From positions 61,752,001 through 61,816,000 of the forward strand of contig OZ365109.1 of the NCBI GenBank assembly GCA_977030845.1: DNA of 64,000 nt. Reading direction: 5' to 3'. Source of the DNA: Fimbriosthenelais zetlandica (taxonomy: Eukaryota). Below are positions 38,807 to 51,841 of the stretch, one piece after another (the first letter of the stretch is position 1; the number at the start of each line of letters is the position of its first letter). The translations under genes were made by a program, and so were the position numbers. The notes beneath the pieces are model-generated. The model was not told the DNA's origin, made no database searches, and saw nothing but the letters and a program-made list of their open reading frames with translations.

Positions 38807-39934
38807 GTGCACCGCCCATAGGCTCAGTGTTAAAAATCACTCACGATTACAGGAATGTGTGCTACAGAGCCGGTTTGCCAGTCCACTCCAATCGGCCTTT
38901 TTTCAACTTAATCTATATCATTTTCACTCAAGACCATGGCTATTTCAACTTTATGACACCTACTGACAAATATCAATAGAGCAGAGAATAAAAAAGAGGA
39001 AAACTCCGATTTCGGAGAAGTTGACAAATCGGCCGAGCGTATACCGGCCTATAATTTGGCCTTTTAAAAACCTGAACAGCGCCCTCTCAGTAAATGTCGA
39101 AAAAGTTGAATAACTTCGTGAATAATGGGTCTAAAATTACAATTCAAACGGATTATTCTTAGTTGGGAGCACCTCCAGGTATCTATCTGGTTTTTGTGGA
39201 ACTTAAATTAATTTAAAATTTTTATTTTTGAAAATGGAGTCAATTTGAGGTCTATAGCATTGATCTCTATGGAAGGAGCAAGCCAGCGCGACTGAGGCGA
39301 CCCGAGATATACAGCGGCGAAACGGTGAACTACGCTACTATAATCTAGCCGAAGCCCTCTCGGCCTACTCCCTTTACTTCTCGGTGTTTTGGGTAGATCA
39401 TAGTAGAATAGTTCACCTTTCTGCCGCTGCAAAATCTCGGGTCGCTTCATTGCGCTAGCTTGCTCCTTCCATTGAGTCCAATGCTAAAGACCTCAAATTG
39501 TCATCATTTTGAAAATTCGAAATTTTAAACTGATTGTAGTTGCACAAAAATCATATAGATACCTGGAGGTGCTTCCAACTAAGAATAATCCGTTTGAATT
39601 GTAATTTTAGACCCATTATTAAAAAAGTTATTCAACTTTTTCGACTTTTAGTGAGAGGGCGCTGTTAAGGTTTTTAAAAGGCCAAATTATAGGCCGGTAT
39701 ACGCGCGGCCGATTTGTCAATTTCGCAGAAATCGGGCTTATCCTCGTTTTTCGTCTCAGCCATCTTGAGATTTGTCAGTAGGTGTCATAAGCTATACATC
39801 ACCGTGGATTCGCGTGAAAATAATATGTATTAGGTAGGGAAATAGGCGATTGGAGTGGACTGGCAAATCGGCTCAATAGCATACCTTCCTGTAATCGTGA
39901 GTGAGTTTTAACATTGCGCCTATGGAACGTGCAC
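38807..39934. mobile_element. Fold-back (long palindromic) element, ~1.13 kb
   Basis: Arms of ~540 bp are inverted copies, e.g. ~39030-39115 vs ~39625-39710 with about 4 mismatches in 84 nt. Both ends read GTGCAC..CCATAGG..TGTTAAAA; loop ~39353-39392; no ORF. Confidence 0.8.
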
Positions 39935-39984
39935 TTTTGCAGAAACCATGGAATTTAGACAGGTTAGAAGCAATGAATCGGGCT

Positions 39985-40270
39985 GAATTTTTGGGAGGGA
40001 GTTGTGGTGGGTGCCGGGGGTAGATATGGGGGTGGGGGTGGAGATTGGGGGTCGCGGAGGGGTTCGGGGGGCTAAATAATTTTTAACATTGGAGCCTATG
40101 GGAAGTACCTATACAGTGGGCTATTCCGCTGGATTTTGAGAGGTAAGCCTTTTCAAATCGGGCTGGTGTTTTTGAAGGGAGTTGGTGGGAGTGTTGGGGG
40201 AAGACATAGGGGTTGGGATGGACGTTGGGGACCAGGAAGGGGTCCGGGGGACAAAATAATTTTAAACATT
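39985..40270 (+). repeat. Two diverged copies of a ~170-bp G-rich unit with G-quadruplex potential
   Basis: ATCGGGCTG..GGGAGTTG..GGGG..AAATAATTTT(T)AACATT repeated from ~39985 and ~40158; many G3-G5 runs. Confidence 0.6.
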
Positions 40271-40334
40271 CTGATTTAGCCATGTCCTGGGCGGTTCAGG
40301 CTAAATTTGAGGGTGTGGACTCAACTGACCTCTC

Positions 40335-40406
40335 GTCCAGATAGCCTAGAGGTAAGGCACTGGCCTTGAACGCGGGAGATCGGGGTTCGATTCCCAGCCT
40401 CTTCAA
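40335..40406 (+). pseudogene. Solitary tRNA-derived (Gly-like) pseudogene / SINE head
   Basis: A-box TAGCCTAGAGG, B-box GGTTCGATTCC and downstream T-run; acceptor stem does not pair. Confidence 0.65.
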
Positions 40407-42174
40407 TCACTTTTCTCCCTGGATCGTTACGCATTTACACGGCTTAACAGTAGGCCAATTGATTTGGTCTTTGCTTTTATTGTTTGAGTTGCCGAGGGGA
40501 ACACTCTTCTTCTGTTCTCAATGACAGGCAAGACGCGTGTCACGCCTCCTTTGATGTTCAAACTGGGGATATTGTGGGATTAGAAGATACCTGAAAATTT
40601 TATCAGTCTGGCCGATGCCATGGCAAGAGTACTAGGGGGATGGTTGTTTCACGGAGGGAAATTAAGCCAAGGCCGGCCGAGAAGGGGCCAAAAGCTAATT
40701 CTGTGTGGTGAAAAAAAGATGATTGACTAGCTAATTTCAGATGGTCTCTGACCATTCTGAATAATAATATGAAGAAGCGGTTTATGGACACTGGATTTTA
40801 TTGCTGGTGTATTTTCCAGTGTGGAATAAATGTAATTGTGTATAGTACAAATTCGGCCAAGCTCACAGCTATAAAAAAAATATCGCCAAACCAGTGAATT
40901 TTTGTAAGTGTTTCAATCGGGAAGTTCAAGAGATGCGACAGGCAGACCGGATTATCCTTGCACATTTCATGACATTTACAAAATGTGTATAATGGTTATA
41001 AATACTCAAGTCTTCAAAGCTTGGGGATGAACAAGATTATATAGAAAATGTCTTATAATTTCATCAATCTTGAGGAAAAATAAACCATGGTACAATGTCA
41101 AACAGTAAAACCTTAATATTACGTATATATAAGAAAATGTACATCATTAGGCGCACAGCTGCCAATAACCATATGAATATAATAAATACTCTATTTTTCT
41201 TTTTCGACCCTTTTTAAAAGTTTACACTTGTAGATTGATGCACTCTGCAACTCTAAGGCAAATTAAATTATTTTGTATCTCTGATTGTATTTTTGGACAA
41301 ATTATAATTTTTTACTGGTCAAATAAAGTCACATAGATTTAATGAAGCGATATTTACTTGCAACTACAAATCTCGAATTGAATGATGTCTGGGACTTTCT
41401 CACAAATATTTCATCAATAACAATATACACAACATCGAATCCCCAAAGATGGCCTACACAGTAGGATATAATATTGTTATAAATAGAACATTTCAGTAAT
41501 AACTAGGACTAGATCTTAAGACTAAAACCCTTCATAAATATTTATATCGATATTTGTAGGCTTCAAATTAAATAAAGGCAAAATATTTATACTTTCCTAG
41601 CTGGGACATACAGGAATGAACCTGATAGTAATATATCAGAAATAGTATCCGTGCCCTAAAGGCAGCTACCTAAGTATTTCAGATTAATACATGTATACCA
41701 ACTGAGATGTGCACATTGAGGGCGAGCCTTAATATCTTAATCACACGATTACTAACCTCCAAGAGGATGAGGATGAGCTTTAAATTCACATTTCAAAATT
41801 ATAGATATTGGTAAGTATCTCAAAAAGGTTCTGGAACTCCCAGAACAGGTTGTAAAACCTATTTGGAAACAATAATCTAATTATAAACGTTAGAAAGCTT
41901 TCAGTGGATGAGCTGCAAATATTGCTGCTCACTAAACTGTCCACTGTATGGTTTTTCTTTACTTACTGATCTAAGAAAATTGTTTACAAAGAAGCACGCT
42001 GTCTTAACACTAATAACTACAAGTGTACTGCGAGAAAATATGCGGAATGGGCTAACTGTACATTGATATTCACAACAAATTCACCAATGGAGTAAAAGGT
42101 CCATCTGTGGTACTATCAAGTAATAGAAGAAGGTGCTTCACATATCTTAGTGCGTAAATAAGTCATAGTGACAT

Positions 42175-44092
42175 TCATGACTTAGTCGAGTCATCCGCTT
42201 TAGCACTGGATGACTCAGTAGAACTTTCCCCCTTGGTCTTGCACTCTTTTTTGATGACCACTTTGAGACCTTTACGTTCGGTGATTGTTTCTATGGTGTG
42301 AGTGGGATCAGGCTCACCAATTGAAGTATCATATGGTGAATTAGGATCAGTTAGATCCTCTTCACAGAAGGAGCCACTCGCCTCCAGTAGAGCTGTGCCT
42401 GCTGTGGTAAATACCTGCTGTACATTCATGGGCTGTTTAGCTATAGGATCTCCAGGGTGATGTTTCTTCATATGACCCGTGAACTCAAACTTACGACCGA
42501 ACCCTCTCATACATTTAAAGCAGAAGTAGGGGAACTGGCCAGTATGGTGCTGCATATGTTCTTTAAGGCCACGTTTTGAGAGGAGCATCTTGCCACACTG
42601 TTGGCATTGGTAGCCTCCAGGTCCGTCATGGAAGACCATCTTGTGTTCAGCGTAATCGCCGTGATGCCAGAATCTCTTTCCACACAACTCACAGCGATAG
42701 GAGACTTTAATTTTGTGGATCATTTTCATGTGGCGGCGACAGGTTGTCTGGTCGGCGAATATCTCATTACAAACACTACACATGACTCCATCTGATTCAT
42801 CTAGGATCAACATACAGGCCCCGCCTGGATTACCCCCGCCTCCTGTGAGCTGGCTGAAGGAGAGGTTCCCATCCATGGTGAAGTTTAGGTTATCACTGAG
42901 TTCACCATCAATACAATGGTCGATATAAACTAATGGTTGGCCATCATCTCCTTCCTCGTCCTCGTCCTCCTCCTCTTCCTCATCGTTACTTCCCGTGTCT
43001 ATTTTAAGACTGTCTGATTGATTGCTTACGTTGTCGTCTCGGCTCTGGTTGGAATCCACGTCATCTATATCACGAAGGATGGGCTTCATACCACTCAGGA
43101 ACTGACCTAGATCTGTTGCTGACTGCATAGGAAATTGTGTCAAATTAGTAATTAACTTAAAAACAGTAAAATTAAAAATGTGTATAATATTATAATTGAT
43201 AAATATAGCATTTATTTTAGTAACTGGATCATAAATTATACATGAAAAATGACATTCTAGAAAATATCGATCTATTTTAAATATTGAAATTGTTTTTCTG
43301 ATAGAAAATGGAAGGTAAAAACACATATTTATGAAGGTCAACGAAAACAACATTTGATATAGATTAAATATGATAGAAATTCATAGACACATACAATAAA
43401 ATCTAACTTATAGAGTCATATCAACTTGACATTTGTCTCACCTGTTCAGGAAAAACTGGCTGGGAGGCGATAACAGAAGATAGGGTTCGTGTAGAGATAG
43501 ACTTGCGAGGTTTAGTTTTCTTTGTCTTTGGATCCCACAATGCCCTCTTCTTCATTGGTTCAATAGTGTAAGTTTCTGCCTCCTCTCTTTCGCTGTTTTC
43601 TTGTGCGCCATTCATGGAGTCTTCGCCTTCAGCCTCATCCCCTGATACTGGTTCCTCTTTGATCAGAATTTCAGCCCGGGTGGCAGACCGGGTTCTTTTT
43701 AACGGAGGTTCATTCTCTGATGGTTTAGTTGTTCTTTTCCCTTTGCCAGGACTGGGGGTGGTGGTAGCTGGTACCTTGGGTGTACTACTCAATGGCACTG
43801 AGACAGTAGTACTGGTACCGGTAGCTGCCCTGAACTTTTTTTTACCCAGAATTGTGGGAGATGATGGCCTAGCGGGTTCTCGTGATTGGGAGGCAGTGGA
43901 TACTAAATAACCAGAGTTGTGAATTGTTTCGTTGATGTTGACAAGAAATACTTCGCTCTCATCCAGGGTTATGCCTATGAGGCCCTCTAGACTGAAGTTT
44001 CTCTTGTAGTTCAGACATTTACGGAGGATATTAGCCATGGACTGGACAAGGATGGCCTTGATCTGCTCCTGTTCTCCCCGGTCTGCCAACAT
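42175..44092 (-). CDS. C2H2 zinc-finger protein (4 fingers) with an unnamed N-terminal alpha/beta domain, ~532 aa, 2 coding exons
   Basis: Exons 44092-43442 and 43122-42175, phase 0. Fingers CSVC..HMKMIH, CELC..HKMVFH, CQQC..HMQHH, CFKC..HMKKHH with a TGQFPY linker; acidic tract and basic NLS-like PPLKRTR. Confidence 0.88.
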
Positions 44093-45305
44093 GGTGAGTT
44101 ATTTGGGTGGCCAGCTATATAATACAGGTCTGAAAATATATGAATGAACAATTTTAAGGCATCAGATTTAGAATCATTATGAACTAATGAAAATTAATAC
44201 CGGTACAGAATTACTACAAATATTATTATGGGGTATCGGGTACAGAGTGTATACATAGGACTAGTATATATGATATCTATAGACCAGTTTTTTTTTAATT
44301 TCAAATTATAGGGCAGATATATTTTGGGCAACTCAAATAGAATCATAATGGCATCTTATTCTAGCCTCTATGCAATAGCATTAGCCCTATAATAACACAA
44401 TTATTTTTTATGAAAACATAAGAAAAGAGCACTTCAATGAGACCGTAACAAAAAACAATTATTTATTTAATTATTAAAGTGTGATTGATCATTCAGACTA
44501 ATGAATTGATAACCATTCAATTCATTATATATTAAAGCAAATAAAGGGTTTAAAAACAATTTAAGTTTTAGGTCTATGAACGACAGAATATATGGATTAA
44601 TAATTAGTCCACGGTAATTATTAATTGTGGAATGTGGAGTTCAGAAACATCACTATAAAGCTAGAAATTTCTACACCCGTTAGTAGCCCTAAAATTAACT
44701 AGTAGTACTAGTACAATGTCATGTGGATGATAGCCTACAGGATCATGAGGAAATGAGAACTGTAGACCTCAAATCAAATGACTCAATCAATGACGTGGTG
44801 TGAGCGCACTGCTAACCAAGCAGGCCGCCCTCGACGGGCGCACACACGGTGACACATGTCTACTAAAACACCAATACACACACACCTCAACCAGCGTTCA
44901 CCGACATCTCCCCCCGCTCACGGAACGCTCCCCAATAAACAAAACAAGTTCTCTCCTCGTTTATCTTGTGCGGCCTAGCCAAGCAAGACAACGTTATCAC
45001 AAGCGAAAGTATGAGTATAATAAGATCCTATTCTATGAGTTACAGATGAGTAACAAAGTAGCAATTCCACAGTTAGATTTCTTCAATATCACTTTAGACA
45101 TGACATCATGCGGTGCCTCCAAGCCGCTGACAGTCAGTGGTCGTGTCGTGACAGCTACAGCTTACACCGACCGCCATGACACTCAGCCGTCATACGCGGA
45201 ACGTCGTGCACACGAATATCGCTCATAAACACCCACTCTTCTACCCATCTCCTTCCCTCATACAGACCAAACAAGCTTCAGTAGATACTAGGTGTTACAC
45301 TTTAC

Positions 45306-45520
45306 CTGTAGCCTTAGTGGTGTAGGATATATAGATGGCGAAGCGGTAATAATTAATGGTTTCGTTTAGTCGCTGAGAAGGTATGCTCTCCCCACCATGA
45401 ACCAGACCGACTCTGTTGCTGATGACGCGAATGAGACCGGAAGTTGAATTCACCGTGCCCGGATGTAGGTCACGCACCTGCTGGTTGACAACGATATGCG
45501 GACGCTCTCCCTCACACGCT
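45306..45520 (-). promoter_or_regulatory. Probable non-coding first exon and promoter of the zinc-finger gene
   Basis: Minus-strand donor CAG|GTAAAG at 45306; matching acceptor TTTTCAG| at 44129 upstream of the ATG; CpG-rich, with ETS motif CCGGAAGT at 45437-45444. Confidence 0.5.
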
Positions 45521-46358
45521 CTTTTCCCGCCTCAATTCAAAGTCTAATGCCCAAAGAATAGCAATCTATTTATTTGATATCCTGAAGCAGGCCTAAGTAG
45601 GCCTAAAGTCGAATACCCCAAGGATAGCAATCTATTTATTTGATACAGGGTATCGTGAAGCAGGCGACAGTGGCTTAGGCCTATTTATGAAGAATATTTA
45701 AATTGTGTCAGTGTAACTGTTGTACACGTGTAGGCCTGAGAGTAGACCCAGATCTATAGGCCCTAAATATAGACTAAATCAATTTCTAAGCCAAGTGGTT
45801 AAACTATTCGAATGACTCCTTGCCCCTTAGACGAGGGCTGGTTATACTGGCTACTTGCCCCTATAACGTAGACATTCTACCATTGAATTTATTACATTAG
45901 TTATCACTTTTTTATTTTTTAACACGAAAAAGAATTCAGGCAGGGAACCACAAGAAACTAGTTCAATCATTCAAATGCATTTTAAACCTTTTATTATTGC
46001 ACATGAAAAAGTTTCATTTATTTTCGCCATTAGGCCTACCTAGGCTTCTGCGAGTACATTTCATAAATAATCGGGAATAGATACTGATAATGCAACCCGG
46101 GAAAAAATATACAAGCAAATGTAGAAAGAGCAACTTAAGCACTGGTTCTAAATATGGTCTTACATTTCGCATAGGCTAATCCATCTTTTTTGAAGGAAAA
46201 ATAATTATCTTTACTCCAAAATCTTTTCCCAATATAACAGTGATGAATGCACGTTTAAAAAGAATCAGTACAAGATGATATATAAACAACCAGAACCCAG
46301 TTAAACAGTGGAATTATCCAAGCTTTCATAAGGTCAATTAATATTAGAAATATTTTGA

Positions 46359-49300
46359 CTATTCATCCAACTTTTTGCGGTTGGCTGCCATCTCGAGATT
46401 GGTGAGGGTCTCATCCCATTGAACGAACTGCTTTGAAAGTAAGGCCACCTGATATCTGGTTAAGGATTCTATGTAAAACTCTAAGAATTTATTGCACACA
46501 CTTCTAACAATCAACGTATCCACTCTTTTTCAAATACCAGTATGTTTCTGTCCAATATCAAATAATTTACTAGAAAGTATATACTAAGTCTTCTATAAAT
46601 AATACTTTTATCTTGCCATTTAAAGGATACAACATTGTTGTAGTAGAGGAGGAGATTCTTTATTTCTTCGGTAACCTCACTAGCATCATCCTGAAGAAAT
46701 AAAAATACTATTTATGAGAAAAATTTCACACATTTCGTCAATAAAGGTTATCTAATATATGTATGCCAGGAACAAATTTAAAATTTGTTATTTTGTACAG
46801 AAGACTTCATCGGTAAAATACGGGTTTTCATCAATGTGGAACACATTACCTGCTGTTTAAGATGCACTGTACTCAGGGCTTGGAGTTGTCCTTGTAAAGA
46901 TGGCACAACTGGAATAAGGTAATTGAACAATAAGGACACCACGTTTACAATCTTATATTAGCTTTGAAAGGTAAACGAACGCTTCAAGAAGGAATACGTC
47001 ATGCGCTGAATACTTCATTAAAGCATTAATGAGATGGAAATTTAGATATATTTTCTTTTAATATTCGCAGTACCGTTTTCATTTTTTGCTTCTGTTGAAC
47101 CAGTTTTGTCTTGGATATGAAAATTATAATTAATTTCTTATATAAGTGCAATTGGTAGACCTTAAACTTTGTGCCTCGGCATAGACCATAACAAAATGAC
47201 TGTAACTGAACGACTGTGCAAAACATAGGATGTACATGTAGTCCAGGAGGCACGTCTACATCATATCCAAGGCGGATCCAGGGAGGCAGGGGTGGGGTGG
47301 GGGGAGGGGGAGGGGGAGGGGGAGCGGTGGTTGTCCAGGATGTCGATGGCTAACAGGAACCCCCTTAAAGATCTAAAAGGTGGGGTAAATTAAATTCTTT
47401 GCGAACAGAAATTGTATCACTTGAATTATGCAGTGTCACATTGAATATGACACTTCATTTTGAAAGTCCCCTGTCCGCCCCGGATGTCAACAGAAATTAA
47501 TTTTGGTGGAAGACACAAGGAATATATAACCAAGACGCTGGGAAACAACATAATGTACGAGGTCGACTCTTGTGTGTGTTTGGATGAACTTTTTTAATGT
47601 TTTACTGTAAATATATTAATTTGGGTGAGAGTTTTTCAAAAGTAAAAAATCCCATAATGCGCAAAATAACAGGAATACATGTACACTACAGAAAACAAAG
47701 AAAAGGAATATCAAAAGAAATTTAGTTGCCATGTTATTTGGCGTGCAATGAAATATATCAGCATATATCTGTACTGTACATCAGCGCAAATATATGGAAG
47801 TAGGCATTATTGGAATTTTTAAGCACTTTGTCCTTTGCGACATGCTCCATTGTATTGCCGACATTTTAAATTTGAACACTAACAACACGGAATAGGTTAC
47901 AATTTGCTATACTTTTCACTGTGGCTATGACAGACCTACCTTCTAATGGGTTTCCCTTTCCTTCAAGTATCACGAATAAAAGACAATAATCAATTTTCCA
48001 AGATCTACCGCGTTGAATTATTTTACGCTGCATATTAAATGACGCTCTCCTAAGATAGATTGAAGGATATAAGTCTGTCTGGGTTTCATAGATATGTTGC
48101 TAACTTTAGATCAAATCCTTAAACCATGAAAAGAAGAAAGTTATTTTAATTAAACATTAAAATATAACTTTTATTACCTTTGATATGCTCACTGCTCAGT
48201 ATGGGCATCATCTCTTCTACTTTCTGAAGATTAGCGGTCTGTGCATGGAGTAATTCCTCTTCTGAATTATATTATGAGAAAATTGTTAAAAAATTATGTC
48301 ACCGAGATTTGAAAACACGTTTCTACGAGAATCTGTAAAATGTACATTCTTAACATTTCCCTTTTATATTCGTCGTTCGAGCTCACAAATTCATTGACAG
48401 AATGATAGTATAACTGACCTGCCAAAATTATTTCAGCCTTTGCTCCTTGGGACAAAGTGAGCTCTTCTGAGTAAGCTGGGTCAACATATTTCTCCAATTC
48501 CGGCACTGAAATTTAAGGAAGTATTTCAAAATGTGGTTGAAAAATTAGGGGCAAACATGGATTCATTGGAGCGCTATTTACAGAATTGTATGTGGCATTG
48601 GGTAACACAAGATATACTAGTAACTGAGAAAAAGTCAACTCACATCTTTTCATCAGATGTTCTATTTTATTTCTCCCAGCAAGAGCAGCATTGACTTGCC
48701 CGTGGAGATGGGCTAAAGTGTCAATCACCTGTTAATGAACCCATACAACATCAGTCAGTTTATTAGCACAATGACAGAAATTTCATACATGTATCTGCAA
48801 AAGAAATGGATCAGTTTTTATATGAAGGGGGTACCATTTCTGCGCATCAATGCTCACAGACCTTCAAGTTCAACAACTTGTGATCCCAAGTTGTGTATTC
48901 CAGTATTTTCTATGTATGCATGTACATGTAGCTTTTTTGCAGATTGTTACTTGGTGGGAAAGAATATGATTTGTTTCGTAGTGTCAACTCTTTAGGGGAG
49001 GTGCCTTACACATTTGCTAAAAAAATATTTCGGGGTTTGAAGCGGATATATTTGTTGTATTGTGATATTTCTTCATCAGTAATTCATAAAAGTGAAAAAA
49101 AAATCCAAAAGATTATTTGTGACGATCTTGAAAATATATCACTTTGTCAGAATTTATCATAGAAATTATTTAGACAAACTGATTTCTAGTAGAATGATAT
49201 AAAACAACACCAAAAGCAATAAGCTGACACCATAATTATATTCAGAATAACATTACACTTTATAGTCTCTTTTTCTATTGTGTAGTCCATAAGTATCAAC

Positions 49301-51658
49301 ATGCCAAGTACGTCTAGATGTACCATCACCACCACCACCACCAATGTTACCATCACCTACCACTGACAATGTAGAAACTAATCTCCACAGGTAATATAAT
49401 GTAAGATCTCTCTTTTCTATCGTATTCTATCTACGAGACAGGTAGGTGACTGCTAAACCATGGTCAAAACTTTGTAGGACAATAAAGCTACAGAAATGAT
49501 AAGCTGATTCAGTGATCGGTGGTTACTATGATAATGTGTGCAGATGGAAAATGAAGGTTTCAGCTTCTCCCCCATTTGAGTAGAGAATTAGCTTTGTGTG
49601 GTCCACAAGTCAGCAAATTATTAGTCTGTGAGTTAGCTTTTATTATTTACAATTTTGGCTGAAAAGAAGGAATATAATACTCTCATACCTTGTTATGTGC
49701 GTGTAAAATTCATTATGACTAATCACCTTTGGTCCCGGATAAAGTTAATCAAAATGACCTGGGAAAATTATTGATAGAACTCAGAAATGAGAAGAGTGTA
49801 CAAATGGGCCTATAAGCGTTGTGATTAGAAAATAAAAAACCCTGCTAAGTGCAAGAAACCGGTCAAGAATTATTGGAAACTAAACCAAGCACAAAGAAGA
49901 CACAAAAATACATGACATCAATACAATACCAACCTTATCAGCGTCCTATAAGAAATGAAGAGCAGAAAACGCAAACCTTTAGTACTAAAACACATAGATG
50001 ATCTATCGGGTAGGTTACAAGACACATTCAATTCAATGTTAAGAAACTACAAGGACTTATGGCTTAAACAAGTGAAAGCAACAAATGAAAATTTGTAGAC
50101 TTAAGGTAAGAAATCAAGGGAAGGTAAGAAATAAGAGCATATATAGTTGGGTGGTGCATTGTCCATTAGTTACATACATCAACCTTCAGGTGAAGAATGT
50201 CAACGAACGGAATAAAGAATCAATTTAGGGGTATAGTGGTACCGATTGTAAAGGGATGTAAAGTTATTGATTTAGTTGCCTGTTGGCGTTCCAAAAATGA
50301 GACAAATTTTCATGGACCCCAAATTATTAACAATAGACCAATCAACAACGTAGGCCTACCGTAAGTAGAGACACACATCCCCACAAATAATAATAATAAT
50401 AATAGTCAGGCCATTACCTTTTTTTGCATTAAAAAAAATCTGAATTGTAGGCCTAAATGTTACAAGCCTACTGCTAATAGGATATTCCTAACATCTAATG
50501 ATGGTAGGAGCCATTTCTGCTGATGTGCCTGTGAAACACAATGCTTGTTCACCTGAATGGTTGGTTTGTTGCTTCCAAGTAAACTAGCCCCGCCCTGGCC
50601 ACAAACCCACCCTGGCCACAAACCCCCTCCCTCTCCTATAGATACACAGCAGAGCGTCTGCTGCAGGTGCGAAAGCTAAGACCCGTCCGGTGCCTCGAAC
50701 CCAGCACCAGCTACGATCAGTAGGCCTATCACCCACCCCCAGCACTTTGCCATTATGGTGGCCGATGGTGGCCGGTTCGAGGCTCATACATATCTTAGCT
50801 TCTATATAAATTTTATGCTTCAGTGGTTTTAGGCCTATGCATTACTTCAATATATCTACTAACCTCTACCCTCTACCATCCCTATAATAATTAGCCTATA
50901 TCTAATCTAGGCACACGGCAGAGCCTCTGCTGCATGTGGGAAAGGTAAGGCCTGCCCTGTGCCTCGAGCCACCACAAGCTATAATGTTATGGGCTACACT
51001 CCTGTGTGTGTCGTGTGTCAACAGGGAAATTGTGAATGTTCAGTGTCGATTTTTACCAGCCATTTTTCAGCTGTGTTGCGCGTGTCGATTTTTACCCATG
51101 TCATGTCCTACACCCATACTATTAGGCCATAGTGTGGCCTGTCAAGACAGGCCCTAACCAATCAAGTAGCCTACGGGAGTAGGCCTACGGTAGTCAATAT
51201 TGTACTACTAATTTGTAGCCAACTAGGCCTACTACTAGTACTAGGCCAGTACCACCGGTATACCAAACAATTATTTTATTCTTAATAGGGCCCCTATTAG
51301 GCCTACTATTAGGGGGACAAACGCGAGCGGAGCCCTGACCTGACCTGTCCTGTCAGTACGTCTACGACACTATAATTGAGTCTGGAGGGTAGTCATACAA
51401 GTTACTCATAGACATAGTCACAGACAGATAGCCTAGTCAGTGACTATTGTGGGTGTGACTTAGTGTCAAAAATCAACAACTTTAACAGGAGGGAGAGGCC
51501 CGTTACGATCCAACTAGCTGCGTGAAAATGACAAGTACCGGATGCTGAAGAACACAATATACCTTAGGATAGTCAGCATCTTTGTCACCATCCCCGAAGA
51601 CTCCTTTCTCGAGAATTTCTAGGCGCTGTTCTATCGTGTCCAACCAGGCATCCGACAT
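46359..51658 (-). CDS. DCTN3: Dynactin subunit 3 (p22/p24), 186 aa, 7 exons
   Basis: Exons 51658-51563, 48728-48644, 48505-48419, 48261-48178, 46908-46850, 46690-46631, 46448-46359 total 561 nt. IEQRLEILEKGVFG..KYVDP..AKAEIILA..PILSSEHIK..LLSKQFVQWDETL aligns with human DCTN3 as recalled, same length. Confidence 0.95.
47271..47322 (+). repeat. G-run tract (G4 motif) after a GGCGGATCCAGG MITE-like start
   Basis: GGGG/GGGGG runs separated by single bases in DCTN3 intron 4. Confidence 0.5.
49048..49175 (+). mobile_element. Possible highly decayed non-LTR retrotransposon RT fragment
   Basis: YLLYCDISSSVIHKSEKKIQKIICDDLENISLCQNLS*KL loosely resembles the (LY)ADD..LN.DL..I..W...NKL region of CR1/L2-type RTs. 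Confidence 0.3.
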
Positions 51659-51784
51659 TTTCCTGCTGGGCGATAATAGAGATTATGGAAATGTACGCCA
51701 CCACCGGGGAAAACGAAAACTAATGTACTAACGAGAAAAGGGCAAGAGTTCTTCTCGGCAAGCCGTTACAACGAGCCAATATGG

Positions 51785-51841
51785 CCGCACAGTAGCGCTC
51801 CAGTGGATAACCATTCGTTCCTACTGGAGCGTACTGTGCGG
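51785..51841. promoter_or_regulatory. Inverted repeat in the DCTN3 promoter region
   Basis: CCGCACAGTA(G)CGCTCCAGT ... ACTGGAGCGTACTGTGCGG, ~130 bp upstream of the DCTN3 ATG. Confidence 0.55.

Noticed and set aside
43123-43353. N-terminal 77 aa of ORF 42175..43353
   Set aside because: AT-rich intron read-through; the true acceptor is at 43122 and joins exon 44092-43442.
50595-50990. 17-bp tandem and ~75-bp dispersed duplication in DCTN3 intron 1 with GGTTCGAGG words
   Set aside because: Only partial B-box-like words and no cloverleaf; probably decayed repeat.
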